Shown: one piece after another, positions 39,407 to 50,514 of the stretch | Position numbering within the stretch: the stretch's first letter is position 1 | Layout: each line of letters begins with the position of its first letter | Assembly (NCBI GenBank): GCA_002633005.1 | Contig: NMRA01000238.1 | Span: 186,001-250,000 of the forward strand | From: Phoronis australis | Lineage: Eukaryota > Animalia > Phoronida | Direction: 5' to 3' | Length of the DNA stretch: 64,000 nucleotides | Position numbers and translations under genes: made by a program | Notes under the pieces: generated by a model | What the model was told of the DNA's origin: nothing | Database searches by the model: none | Seen by the model: only the letters and a program-made list of their open reading frames with translations

Positions 39407-41641
39407 TCATTTATTTTAGTGACCTGTAGCAATCGCTACCCAGCCACAACTTGAGTTTATAAGTCACCATTTCCAAAGAGAACGTACAAAGTATAGACAA
39501 GGCATACATGTACACAATGACAAAAAGAAAATCAGACCAACCTTCTCAATCATTATTAATTAACTAGTAAATAACAGCTTTTTTCGCCTGAGAAATGCAT
39601 TATGAATAAAGGTGATAACTAATTTACTCACAATGGTGTCAGTCATCAAGAAAATTTAATGACAATAAAATGAACAATCATGTTAAAAAATAAAATATAA
39701 ATGATAGTATCAGGGAGTGAAAGACTTGTCCACGTGACCCATTAAAAACAATATAATGAATAAAGAAACGTGAGAACGCTCAAAACATACACATTACTGA
39801 TATTAAAAGTAAAAAATATGCGCAGACTTTAACAGAAACATTACTAAGGAGACAGGATAAAATGAATATATAAATAAGTAAATATATCAAACCACATCAA
39901 TAACAAAAAATAAATACATAAAATCATCAATGAAAATAGCAAGGACCAAAAGTACTTAGAGAAGCAAATGCATGATCATTTAATTCATGGAATGACGTCA
40001 GTAAAGAACTAACGCTGAATTTGACTAAACAAATGCCATTTGTCTAGTAATTTTTGAATTACAAGGCAACGGCATTTCTTAAAAAACATTTCCCGATAAT
40101 ATTCAGTGTTTCTTGGAACGGATCCCAGTAGCCGGTTGCATGAAACAGTCCCAAATAAGGACTCAACTAAGATCCCTTTTTGTGTATTTGTGTCTTTAAG
40201 GACAAGAAGATGCCATATTTTTCTATCATTTCATCTTTATTGTGAGCTCCTCTTTTATTAATGACATTTTCTAATAATATAACTCAAAACTGAGCCCAAA
40301 GTTCATTGAAAATATATAGGGACTCAGTCCTTAAATTGGGGGTGTTGCATGAAAAGATCCCTAATTACTTTCGAAAATATTGACAATTCAACGTAGAGAT
40401 CACTCTCTATTTGCATCCAAATCAAAAGATGACTTAGTAATGAAACTAAAACAATACAAGAAAGGGCAATCGATGCTTTCACAAGTCCAAAAATACGCAG
40501 TAGATTTAGGAGACTTAGTTGACTCCCTATTTGGGAGTGTTTCATACAACCGGGCACAGGCTTCCATTCATGACCTACACGTTGCAGTTAAGCAATGCTC
40601 GTTGTCTAGTCACACGTGTCCATAATTGATTTTATTGCTGGTAAATAACATTAACAGGTATTTTACTCTTATGTAATGTTTTGTACATCATCAATACCTG
40701 TAGAACAATACGCTGGGACAAACACTGGAGCAATTATTGGTGATTTTGTAATAATCTTTGAATAATTTATGTAACATTTAAGACTACCAAAATAGTACAA
40801 CATTGCTGACTATTCTTGAAACATGCCAAGACGTGACAATCGGATTACCTCAAGATCTAACTGCTGCCTGGTGGTTTGTTAATTGGACCAATCATGTTGT
40901 ACACCCAGCAGAAGTAATGTGGAACATATTATTGGAACACTGAAAACGTTTTTAAACGTTTTCAGTGTTCTTAAAAGAGATAAAAGTCACATTTCTTGTT
41001 AAATTTTCAAAATCCAAAAACCTAATCACGTGTGCTTTTCACAAACTATTCAAATATGCTATTTACAAACTTTCAAAACGAAAATTCAAAAATACTATTG
41101 TCGTCCCTAATGTGTTTAGAGAACCATAACATCACCAGACTGATGCGATTTAATTAACTACAACAGCACGGTGTCTTTGATCTGAACCGGCAGATTCTGT
41201 GTTGCGCAAACAAGTCGAGTGCCTATAGCCCCAACTGGCTAAGGTGTCAACGTAGGTTACTGTTCTTGTATGATATTGTAATATCCCCTCCTGGTCACTG
41301 TTATTACTAGTAGGCATTGACATACGTGACGTCAGTCTTAACATGACGACAGATAAGAGATGACTTACCTAAGTCCCTTGCATGTACTCAAAACAACGCT
41401 TGACACATCATGACCACGAACTTTTCCGTGATAGTAACAATGTTCTGGCTTAACCTGAAACACGCATTGTCATTGATGGCGGTTAGATAAGAGACTATTC
41501 ATGGTTGGTAGCAGTAAGAAAAAATGTTAAAATAGTATCAAGTCTTGTGGACAGCACCAGTAATTACTTTGATTAATTACCACGTCTTTGTACGCGTCGT
41601 GTCTCTTCACTACTTATGCATTTGTCGATGAGAGTGTTGTC

Positions 41642-41683
<42 letters not shown>

Positions 41684-44292
41684 GACAACACTCTCATATA
41701 TATATATATATAAATAAATAAATAAATATATATATATATATATATTTATTTATTTATCTCACATATCACTAATTACTCATTATGTGTCACGGCGATGTCT
41801 TGTGATCACGTGCTTTAGTTTGTTGTTACATGACGTCATAATTATATTTACATTAAGCGTACCTGCGCCGGTCAAGCGACAACATTTTTCTAGACAAAAT
41901 CCTCAATATCACCGTCATTTAAAGCAAAGCCATATCTGTTTTGTTTTCGTTTGATTTGAAAATATAGATTTTGACAGGATCATGATTTTGTTGGGGAAGT
42001 TATCGATGTGATTAACCTGTTTCTAATGACCCTGGATTAAAGATAACGGTCTCATCACAATGCATCGGAATTTTCATCGGTAAATGTTGGTTATTAGATC
42101 ATGATCGTTTTAGGGAGTAAAATTGTTTTTAGGACCGAAGTCATGTACGAAAGATTTGGTAGTCCTGGTGAACAATTTGCTACCGTACACGGGAATTTAT
42201 TCCACCAGGTAAACAAACCGTGAAAAAAACGAGTCCACGACTTCGTCCACTGTCTTGAATATTTTTTTGTAATTTGGTAGAGCAAACGAACCGATTCACG
42301 TGCGTTTCCGTGTAAGTGGACGGGAGAGTGAGAACAGTTTAAGGTTGCCGACTAGACTGTTAAAAGGTTGTTATTATGCCGCATCCGAAATATTCAACAT
42401 TATGACAAGCTCCCTTTTTTGAGAACCACGTGTGCTTGAATTAGGAGCGCATTTAAAAACGCCGATGATTTCAGTACTAATTCCGTAATTTGCAAGACCA
42501 GACATGCTTTCACAGTACACTCCAAAGGCCAATAGTCATGCTGTTAATTAGCCGACAATACAAAGAAAAAGTCTTTAAATTACTGTAATTAAACTCTTAC
42601 TTCCATTACAATTGCAAGCTGTCACGAGCGCCGATTTCTACGGTACCGGCTGACCAGCGAAGCCGTGATCCGGAGGACAAAATTAGCTTAATGACAAACG
42701 AATGATAATACCCTAGGGATCAGATGGGTGCAGATGCAATGCATGTGTTTGTATATTGTGTTGCTTTGTAGAATGAATAAATGCACTAATTCTTGTACTG
42801 AATTAAAACGAAAGAAAAAGAACAGAATGAATGAAGTTAAACTGAAATGAACAAAGAACGACAACGTTGAACCTTTGGTATTATGAGAGGCGATATAATG
42901 TACCTGCTTTCGAACAGTGTTTCCGTTTTCGTCGTCAAAAATTTCCATGAACTTCTGTCCAATTAAGTTTCTGAAAGAAGAATGGGACATTCTTTATGAA
43001 GGAATCACGGATATCAAATTTCCTATGGAATGGGGCTTGAATAGCGCTTGGTATCCGGGAACTGTAGGACTCGCCTTAGGTAGAAAAATGCAAAATTAGT
43101 GAAACCCAATTCTTCAGCCCACTAAAACCTCAGCAAGATTTGTTGTGACGTATATTGTCACACTCGACAAAAACTGTCGTACAGGGGACATCTACCTTAT
43201 TGGTTACGGGCGTTTAGAAGAAAAGCATTATAATAATGTGCTTGCAGAAAACTAGGCCACCAACTTGACCAATATTACTATTTTTCATAAGCGCGCGAGC
43301 CACTCACTCGCTTTTTGTTGTTGACAAAGTGCGAAAAAACGGGTGTCGCTAGTGAATTTTTTTTATTAGAAGCTCGTTTTGCTGGTTACTGGATACTAAA
43401 GAAACACTCCAATGTGAAACCAGTTTGTATAATTTGTTGTGCACTTACGAAATCTTATGAAAAGAGAGTATTTTGTTGAAAAAATATGCAACAGGTAGCG
43501 CTCTATTTCTTAGGTGGCCCATACATCTACAATCGACCCGTTAATTGGCTGCAGAATGATGGAATAATGGCATTGTAACCAAAAGGCTTTGTCTACATAG
43601 GCAATCGCAGATACCTTGGTTATCAGTTGAGATTTCAGATTTATAAAGAATTACCATAAAACAGAGTGTTGAAAATATTGAAACTCACTTGTTAAGTTGT
43701 AAGTCAATAATAAACTCTTGATGGAATACCGGGATAACAAAGCTAACGCCTTCTGCGTGGTTGTATTCGGTTTCTTTGGTTGACAAGTCGCGGCGCCGCC
43801 TGTTGCCAACTAATCTGTTTGGCACCACAATATCATGAGCAAAGTCGTAATCGGAAGATTCTGCAAAATCAGATGTAGAACATATTTAGTTACGTACTAG
43901 TGCGGAAAAAACGAAATTATTCCCGATGTTTTTATCTTTATTCAGCGTAATAGACTATGTCAACTGATTATGCTCTGTTTGACTAAGGAAAATATACTAC
44001 AGTTTTAAGTGAACAGAACGTATTAAATTTTTGGTCGTCAAGAGTTGTGGCCTGGCTCGATGGCTTAGTCTTCTTGTATTTTGTCATTGTGACAAGCAGG
44101 GGTAACTTTGCTTTCGCGAGCACGCGCACATAAAGATAAAACCACTCACCAATTACAAGTACATACAATGGAGTTTAATTCAAATTTCTGTACAACGTAG
44201 CTACCTTCGGACAGAACGACTATTTCTTCTCCTGTAGCAGCCTCGAGTAGCCCCAGAAAGAATACTACGGTCATACAACATCGGCAGAACAT
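19436..44292 (-). CDS. ADAM-A: ADAM metalloprotease (signal-pro-M12B-disintegrin-Cys-rich-EGF) with C-terminal Ly6/uPAR domain and predicted GPI signal; multi-exon, ~800+ aa
   Basis: 20 GT-AG exons, phase-consistent except across the N gap: 44205-44292, 43689-43860, 42904-42970, 41369-41454, 37882-38018, [missing exon, likely in gap], 36185-36265, 34983-35051, 34647-34819, 33859-33940, 33565-33698, 32657-32816, 32259-32435, 30356-30406, 29225-29288, 27453-27561, 26519-26656, 23344-23503, 23008-23083, 21621-21733, 19436-19705; zinc motif HEMGHNLGMQHD and CIM Met-turn. Confidence 0.9.
20195..20441. repeat. ~35-bp minisatellite (gtcagtgtctgcaacatgggtagcggctagtcaa), ~7 units
   Basis: Visible degenerate tandem units. 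Confidence 0.85.
20458..20673. mobile_element. MITE, CATGCGCGCAC-TIR family (TSD aaccg/aatcg)
   Basis: catgcgcgcac...gtgcgcacatg; 5-bp flanks with one mismatch. Confidence 0.75.
20816..21310. repeat. ~49-bp minisatellite (agaccaaattagaccatgctttctctatgtctaagttttctaggtctat), ~10 units
   Basis: Visible tandem units in the intron between the two LU exons. Confidence 0.9.
21621..21733 (-). CDS. ADAM-A exon: first half of LU domain
   Basis: ttttcag|(T)SKLVDCYGCSDDDKCALTPNSTSANKEKCQSNSQICT|gtaagt; phase 1 in, phase 0 out. Confidence 0.88.
23008..23083 (-). CDS. ADAM-A exon: end of EGF-like domain
   Basis: TCGNSGKCACTGDYDPGTNCETVID; ends phase 1, gtaagt donor. Confidence 0.88.
23344..23503 (-). 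CDS. ADAM-A exon: end of Cys-rich domain/start of EGF
   Basis: AGSADFGKDTKESGMVSEGTKCAEGKWCKNAQC...VCAGHG. Confidence 0.9.
23539..25953. mobile_element. Kolobok-like non-autonomous DNA transposon (degenerate copy) with nested LINE
   Basis: ttaa|aggagaatac...atggcattctcct|ttga ends; body homologous to 46641-48197. Confidence 0.75.
24326..25485 (-). mobile_element. 5'-truncated non-LTR retrotransposon (RTE-X-like ORF2 C-terminus) with a (TATG)n tail
   Basis: ORFs 24968-25483 and 24646-24993: LCYGAEIWG, HIKFCKRILG, GECGRFPL, LRCSNHSLLVERGR, EDEYHV; absent from the sister element near 47385. Confidence 0.85.
26519..26656 (-). CDS. ADAM-A exon: Cys-rich domain
   Basis: DIMCGKLQCGHPDSGVVLPIIG...YNC. 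Confidence 0.9.
27276..27437. mobile_element. Fold-back MITE with ~50-bp imperfect TIRs
   Basis: ttcacgcactcgccat..gtgagcctctttttaggttt ... aaacctaaaaagaggctcac..atggcaagtgcgtgaa. Confidence 0.65.
27453..27561 (-). CDS. ADAM-A exon: Cys-rich domain
   Basis: ATVGDPFCYDYVNKKGNQFGHCGQKADGSYTACT. Confidence 0.9.
28670..29130 (+). mobile_element. Penelope-like element remnant (GIY-YIG endonuclease end plus decayed 3' repeat)
   Basis: GVMYHI...LYIGETERP...SAAFDH...WFERGVREALWVKAKNTSLNR, frameshifted. Confidence 0.7.
29225..29288 (-). CDS. ADAM-A exon: Cys-rich domain
   Basis: AYCLTGTCRHKDAQCKYMFGE. Confidence 0.9.
29908..30160. repeat. (CAC/GAC/CAT)n trinucleotide low-complexity tract
   Basis: Directly visible; explains the poly-T/V/H ORFs. 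Confidence 0.9.
30356..30406 (-). CDS. ADAM-A exon: disintegrin end/Cys-rich start
   Basis: CPEDKYKADGTPCKNND. Confidence 0.9.
32259..32435 (-). CDS. ADAM-A exon: disintegrin domain
   Basis: ECPTVDPCCEVKGCKLK...GECCSGCKLKPRGTVCRNATSDCDIEDVCTG. Confidence 0.93.
32657..32816 (-). CDS. ADAM-A exon: catalytic domain end/disintegrin start
   Basis: SFTQCS...CLNDKP...PVCGNQIKETGEECDCG. Confidence 0.93.
33565..33698 (-). CDS. ADAM-A exon: zinc-binding active site
   Basis: VMAHEMGHNLGMQHDDGRTC...GGCIMSA (HExxHxxGxxHD plus Met-turn); absent from the ORF track because it is short. Confidence 0.95.
33859..33940 (-). CDS. ADAM-A exon: catalytic domain
   Basis: GIDLTGGVAGLGYVGTMCGPLSCAINE. Confidence 0.92.
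34647..34819 (-). CDS. ADAM-A exon: catalytic domain
   Basis: FYKSLNMRVVLTGVENWSKEDKI...DYDVAQLV. Confidence 0.92.
34983..35051 (-). CDS. ADAM-A exon: catalytic domain
   Basis: WQANPTLQKMRERTIQVANTMDE, phase 0/0. Confidence 0.82.
35791..36164. mobile_element. MITE with AGG.CCGTC.CGGATTAC TIRs
   Basis: aggaccgtcccggattac...gtaatccgagacggccgt; sister copy 55793-56131. Confidence 0.7.
36185..36265 (-). CDS. ADAM-A exon: start of catalytic domain
   Basis: IRSSVSQFNQDVATRYVEVYIVNDYRT (reprolysin RYVE..IV.D). Confidence 0.9.
36341..37323. other. Assembly gap (983 N), probably hiding one ADAM-A exon
   Basis: Upstream exon ends phase 1, downstream exon begins phase 0. Confidence 0.95.
37882..38018 (-). 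CDS. ADAM-A exon: prodomain with candidate cysteine switch
   Basis: GMFSSGNETFHITP...HLHVVYKESD...QMC(G). Confidence 0.88.
39300..39403. repeat. (TCAA)n microsatellite, possibly the tail of an adjacent LINE
   Basis: Directly visible. Confidence 0.9.
39404..40900 (-). mobile_element. Highly decayed L1/Tx1-like 3' fragment
   Basis: Minus-strand AATAAA followed by (TTGA)n tail; LIWDC remnant resembling the HLFWDC zinc knuckle near 40150; boundaries approximate. Confidence 0.3.
41369..41454 (-). CDS. ADAM-A exon: prodomain
   Basis: VKPEHCYYHGKVRGHDVSSVVLSTCKGL (classic ADAM propeptide motif). Confidence 0.93.
41628..41745. repeat. (TA)n microsatellite inside a near-perfect palindrome
   Basis: atgagagtgttgtcgtgtgt-(TA)n-acacacgacaacactctcat, followed by more TA/TAAA. 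Confidence 0.85.
42904..42970 (-). CDS. ADAM-A exon: prodomain
   Basis: NLIGQKFMEIFDDENGNTVRKQ; phase 2 in, 0 out. Confidence 0.85.
43689..43860 (-). CDS. ADAM-A exon: prodomain N-terminus
   Basis: HDIVVPNRLVGNRRRRDLST...FVIPVFHQEFIIDLQLN. Confidence 0.88.
44205..44292 (-). CDS. ADAM-A first coding exon: signal peptide
   Basis: MFCRCCMTVVFFLGLLEAATG-EEIVVLSE; acceptor directly before ATG; phase-1 donor matches the next exon. Confidence 0.75.
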
Positions 44293-46199
44293 CTTTGGAA
44301 AAGAAAATTCAAGCATATTGATCAACATTGTCAGAACAACGCAGTATCTTAAGCAATCGGGGAAATGTAGACAATACCAGTTACAGACAAACACTGTGTA
44401 CACAATATGACTTTCGGCGATGGTTCTCCAGATCGCAAATAAGACTTTCGTTTACCTACTGGATAAATTGCTAATAGCCACCCGAGTAAAATTCCATGCT
44501 AGCTTAGGGGGACAAATCGCCCCCCCCCCCCCNTCGCCCCCCCCCCCCCCGGCGATCGTTGCCACGATTCTGCTAACCCCTATGGAATAGAAATGACGTT
44601 GGCGTAACGGGATTTCGGATTATCGGCACTTCGATATTTAGAACATTCCCGAATCTATTCAGTTTCAAAATCATTTACTACAAAAAATACTGTATTCAGG
44701 CAAATCCAAGTACAATTTATTGTACCGTGTAAAACCACACACTGAGGAAATTAGGCGTACTCGCCACATCTCATAATTAAAGATTTAGAGAGACTCATCA
44801 ATTTATTTTGTTTGTACAAGATCTATATTGTGGTAGTTGTTATTGCAGTGATATTAGTTTTAATAATTTTAACGAACATTGTGATATCAGTCAGCCATTC
44901 AAATAAATTGAATACCAACAACATACGCTTGTCTCATACACCATCGTAATACAAATCAAATGTCATTTTATTCAACAATATCAACCACAAAATTACACCA
45001 CGCTGTACTAAAACGATGGTTCCAAACAAACGTGTTAAGGTATTCAGCGAAAACAGTGAGTTTTACAAATATACGCTTCAGGAAGCCACTGGCTGAATGT
45101 GTGTCCGGCAACACTGCTAGATACTTACCTTTATATGTTATTACTGAACGAACTTCCCTACTGACCACTACAGACGTAATCACGGTCCTGTCGTCAAGTG
45201 GACCACTCACTGGACAGCACACAGAGAGGTGCATTCATGTACAGGATTTTATCATCAAGTCTTAGTTTCTCCTCTAAGCACTTCTTTGTATATTGGAAGC
45301 ATAAAATCAAATGAGAAGTATCCCCTCGTGTTGTAAAGCTGAATGCGACAGTTAAAGAAAGTCTCTATTATTGGGCGGTCGAGTGCAAACAATTGCCTTT
45401 GAGAAGAGTGTGCTGTTGTCAAAGGCGTCGTTAACACAAACAATAACAAGAATTGGATAGTTTTGATCGACAACATTGGACAGAATTAGGGTAACTCCAA
45501 ACATGTTAGATTTGAATACAACCTTTCAGAGATGTACCACTGACAATATGCGATTTTCTTATACCTGTGCAGATCAGGTGATTCTGTAAGCACCGGTGAG
45601 AAACAACATGACCACAGCTGACTCAAAACACGACGACACGGCAGAACTGGACCGCGTGTAAAATTTTAAGTTGTGAAATAAAGCTCATAGTAATAAATCC
45701 AGAAACACTCAGTATCTTAATTCCAAAAGTTTACACGGACTTCAACTGCATTTTCAGACTCAACGGGAAGTCAGCTTTCGACCTTGAGTTCACGCAAAAT
45801 GGACGAAACCAGCAAGTGCCATGTTATGCACTTGAAGCTCCGGTTACGAGCAAAAACTTTTTTCAAACATTTTTAGAGTATCCCAATCGTTTAAATAACT
45901 TGAGATGCCAGGCAGTTTTATTCTAGCTGGTTTATAAAGGATATGTATATTACGCCCTTGCAGCATTCATCAAATGGTCCAATATATGTATTAGCAATTC
46001 GATGAAGAACAAACACAAATTGCAAGTATTTTTCAGCTGATTTAGGCTCAGACAGAAATAATATTAAGATCCAAATTAGTTTGAAGGTTTCAGTGTTGGC
46101 AGAACAGCTATACTGAACTTTTTAAAGGAACATTGTCGAAACGAAATTTTCCGAGATAAGCCTCAGGTGGGAATGCCATCAAGTTACTGTAGCGCAAGT

Positions 46200-46400
46200 T
46201 GCCCTGGAGTAGGTTACTCACATGGTGTGGATATGACTTATCCTTCTTCTGGCGGAGTTAAATCCCACTCGATAACCGCCGGGGTCTTTTAAGCGTATTT
46301 AACTGGTACAGTCACCGACCTTGGTTTCAACGAATGTCCGTCAGACTAGGGCGAGAATCGGCGATTTGCAATAAAATCACAGCCACGACGGACTTTGATA
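46200..46400 (-). mobile_element. Possible SINE fragment (Meta-SINE-like central domain)
   Basis: Minus strand cgttgaaaccaaggtc...acgcttaaaagaccccggc resembles, from memory, the Meta-SINE core. Confidence 0.35.
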
Positions 46401-46640
46401 TTTTATTGCTCTGGTCAAAGTTAATAGGTCGCAGAAGTCCCATCCAGGACGGATCCACAAAATGCATTTTCGGCGGTAAAATCCATAATTATCCGCTTTA
46501 AGGCTTCTGGGAATGATTCACAACTAGCTTTGACCAGAGCTATAAAAACAACCTCTGTTGTGCTTTTTGTAATTTTATTACAAATCGCCGATGTCTCCCT
46601 GACATTTGGTGAAATCACGGCGGATATCTTTACCATTTAA

Positions 46641-48197
46641 AGGAGAATGCCACCCAAAAACAACCTATTTTGTATCAATTTAGACCGAGTAGTTCCACTC
46701 GATAACAGCAAGTTCAGTTGTTTTACCTGACACCTAACGGCAGACGGAGGTGTTGAAATTGACCAATGACGTAATCGGTTCGAACGCAGTCTGCCTTCAG
46801 CCGTTCACAACACTCTTACTGATGTCAACTTATCGCTTGAATTCATCGTTTTACACCAATAAATCACCAAAATTCTAAGTAAACCCCTCGCAAAAAATGA
46901 AAAAAATGTGTTGTTTTATTTCACTGTTACAGATTAATAGGTATTTGAACGTGCCGTAGCCTACAGAGTTCGGTAGGCCAATTTACCATGGTCGATCGCG
47001 GGAGTTTGGGTCTGTTTGACGATAAATTCGAATTATTTTTCCGTGAAATACAGACGAGGGAACATAGCTCTGTGTTGCACTTATGTACTTGGGATTTTTT
47101 CAGTTCTGAACACACAAAACACCTGTTACTCCCCGCCAGTGGCTCGGAACCCGATCAGGCCCGTCGCGGCCGCCGGGACTGGACATCACGGACATAAACC
47201 AGTTTAAGTTGGAAACTAAACCTCCAGTCACGAAAAGACTATAATGTTGAGCCAACAAAATAATGTGCACGTAATTATTTGGGTGAATTAGTCACGAAAC
47301 TGAAAAAATCTTCTTACCTGTCAGGTTTCCCTTCCACAGAACCGTCAGGGCAAAGGTCGTACAGTAACAATGATTTGAATAATGTATATCTAAATAAAGA
47401 TTCCTCTGACATATGTTACTATAGCTTACTGTCAGCAAACACTGAATTAGCATGCGATCACCCTGCCTCAGTGCCCGGTCAATTACCTTTATTGCATCTA
47501 AAGCCGGTAACACAGTGGTTTATTCGTTGCTGGCTTCTCAAAACATTTGCACTCACGAATACCCCAAAAGCAAGCATTACAAATTGTATCTAATGAGAGA
47601 GTTTGTTTCATTTTATATAAACATTGGTTAGGGTGAAAATAATTCATGTTGAAACAGAACGCAGAATAATAAACGTCTACATGGCAACTCGCCCGGTGCC
47701 AATCCCGACTTAATCGAGAGCTCATCCGACGAAGACTTCACGGGTCGGATCGTTAGGTTTCACAGGCTGTCAGTTCGTACAGGAATACACTGATCAAGAA
47801 CTATTAGAAAGGCGCCGTGAACATACACAGGCAACGGAAGGTATGGATAGTTCTTTGGTAAGCTGGAATTCGTCAGAGAAATCACTGTCGACAAAATGCC
47901 GGTCACAGACACGGAGATGTTTCACGGCCTCATACTTGCTATTAACAGCGTACTTTTCATTCTTCACTGCCGCGAGCCACATCCTAAGCATTTCGGGCTC
48001 TGGAGGAAGTCGAAAAAACGATATATAGCGGCATTCACTCTGCAGATGAACCACTGACGTCGATGCATCGTTTCTCGCCTTCCTCACAGGTTAACGCGAC
48101 ACCTCTCAGCAAAGTGAGGTTGACCGTATAAGAGGCAATGTGGATATAGACTGATTAAGACGGTAAAAAGACTAATTAAATCAGGTGGCATTCTCCT
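46641..48197. mobile_element. Kolobok-like non-autonomous DNA transposon with THAP-domain remnant
   Basis: Perfect 14-bp TIR AGGAGAATGCCACC/GGTGGCATTCTCCT; TTAA on both sides; minus ORF 47794-48087 SFFRLP...WLAAVK...RVCDRHFVDSDF (THAP). Confidence 0.85.
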
Positions 48198-50238
48198 TTA
48201 AATGCTCTTAAATACTGTAGATCATAAACACTTGAGATTTGGCTCAACGGCAGGGCGTTCGGCTACTATTGGGAAGCTAGTGATTCCACGCATCTGCTCA
48301 TTCTGTGAAATTACTTTTTGCGGGAGTGTCACTTTAAACTTGCATAGCAGTGTTTGTTTGTTCTTGCCTGTTCACATTACGGCAGGTTGTGTACATGTAA
48401 TTCAACTATGACTATCTGTTGGACTAAAATTGATTTATTATTCTGTTTGCACAAATATATTGTCTTAGTATCTATCGAGTGTACCAAGAAATCACTCAAA
48501 AGAAAGTGTTCCATTATGACTCAGTGAACTAGCCTTGTGCACTTCCCTTCATTTTGTGATACGTAGCCACGTGGAGTAGTGAGTCTTGGTCTATTTCAAA
48601 GGAAAAGTTTTTAAAGATTGTTAACCGCTAACTTCGGAATGAAATTCTAATAATTTTGAAATGTCACTATTTAGTGCAACATTCAATGACGGATAACTAC
48701 AAAGTTTTAATTTACCTAGTATAGGTCGGTAGCAGTCCTTCGTTAACGCGTCGTTTACAGTGTATGCCGGTATTTAGGCCCATGGGCCTACATTCGAACC
48801 TACGTCTATAGGCGCATGCGCTTATACGCTAACAAACAACTGAGTAAAGCCATGGTGAATTTGATGCTGTGACCTATCCCATCATCTCAAAATACACACT
48901 GTTACTTGGCTCCTTGAATTTTTTTCATGTTTATCTGAAATTTGTTGATTCTTTTGGGAATAACACTTATTAATCAAGGAAATCACTCTGTTTAATTGCA
49001 ACAACTGGAGGCTATCATCTTGTGGCTACACTGACCTCCTGAGTCGGCAACAGGTCCATGGTCGATCTTGAATAGCTAAGTTCGAAGATCAATGGTTTGA
49101 CCATAGCGGTTGATAAGGGGCATTCACTGCACTTGCAGCTGTGATGACCACAAGTTTCAAGCTGAAAACGGCTGTTAACCACCCTTTTGAAGATATCGCA
49201 CTAAAACATTTCCTCAAACTTGCCGAGACTCTATATTTTCACCGTGACCAAAAAAATGGAAGACGCACTTACGTGAATTATATGTTGCCCGCTTCACGTT
49301 GACGCAAACCGGGGACAGCTTCTAGAGATCAAGTGCCCTAATGTAGGGCTGCCAATCTCCCTCCCTCACGGTCCGCACGGGTACCTCATTAACAGCGCTC
49401 TTTTGCACGTATCAGATACCTATTCGCGGTATTAACGGCAGTTTATAAAATGCATTAGTTCATCATACATCAAATTTTATCGGTTGATAGTGAACTTGTT
49501 TCGCTCTCGAAATTACACCACCGGTAGAACGCGTGCTCTGGTACAGAAAAGAGCCGCCATCACGACGAGAAACGAAATAAGTGTTTAATGAGAACAGGAA
49601 TGAGTAAGAATTGAATAGCGGTTGGTGAGAAGAGAAGTACAGCACTGGTGGGAGAGCGACACTTGAACGCTCTTGCGGACAGTCGATGAGGAAGAATGGA
49701 AACCCTGTAGATCCTATCAGGCAAAAATTATATGATGCTTCTTCGGTAATTTCTGTTCATGATCAAATGGGTAGCAAACTGACACGCATTGCCATTAAAT
49801 AAACTATATTTGAACACCGCAGAACAGTAACAACAATAATATAAAATATCACAATAGCTGAACATCAATGATCCCAGGTAAAGTTTTATGATAAACGTAC
49901 ATTTTAAACATCAGCGCTGATTCGGTTAAAGTACATTCGCAAACTTTGAAACTTTTGTGAGTCTGCGTTGAAACAATCAATGAACTTCTTTGTATACATA
50001 CTTTAATAAAGGTTTCAAGTATGGCACAACACGCGCTCAAAATATCTGTTTGTTTTGATTGATTGATTTCTTATTCTATCATTATCATCGCAAAGTCATA
50101 AGTTCAGAATCGACCAGAAAAACAAGGATTCAGTCACAACCAGAGATTTAGAATAAGTAACTGCTAAATCAAAACTGTCGGTTACATGTTCGCCAATAAA
50201 ATGTTGCATGGCAATCCAAACGTTTGCTAATGTTTAAT

Positions 50239-50514
50239 TCATTGATGTATGGCAAACAAAAACACGAGTGCTAACATTGGAATAGTATTCCTGGCACCAC
50301 CAGTTTGGTAACTGATCCCAACATTTTCGCTACCAGAGGGCGTTGTCGAAAAGAAGTTTGCGTCCCCTGTATTACAAAGACTGGAAGAACAGCACGTGGT
50401 GCACTGGTTGAAGCTTTGGCTGGTCACCAGACACTGTTCTTGGCAAGCGGATTTGTAGACACAACCTCGAGAGTAAAACGGTTTTGAACCTTGTCCGCGC
50501 TCCAGCTTTACAAC
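50239..50514 (-). CDS. ADAM-B terminal exon: LU second half plus GPI-signal-like tail
   Basis: VVKLERGQGSKPFYSRGCVYKSACQEQC...CTTCCSSSLCN...TGGARNTIPMLALVFLFAIHQ*. Confidence 0.88.
   Translation of the reverse strand, partial: VVKLERGQGSKPFYSRGCVYKSACQEQCLVTSQSFNQCTTCCSSSLCNTGDANFFSTTPSGSENVGISYQTGGARNTIPMLALVFLFAIHQ

Noticed and set aside
41628-41697. Functional hairpin/miRNA
   Set aside because: Centred on (TA)n; likely a strand-switch or assembly artefact
45623-45625. Selenocysteine/readthrough TGA in an ADAM-A leader
   Set aside because: No SECIS evidence, and a better uninterrupted signal-peptide exon exists at 44205-44292
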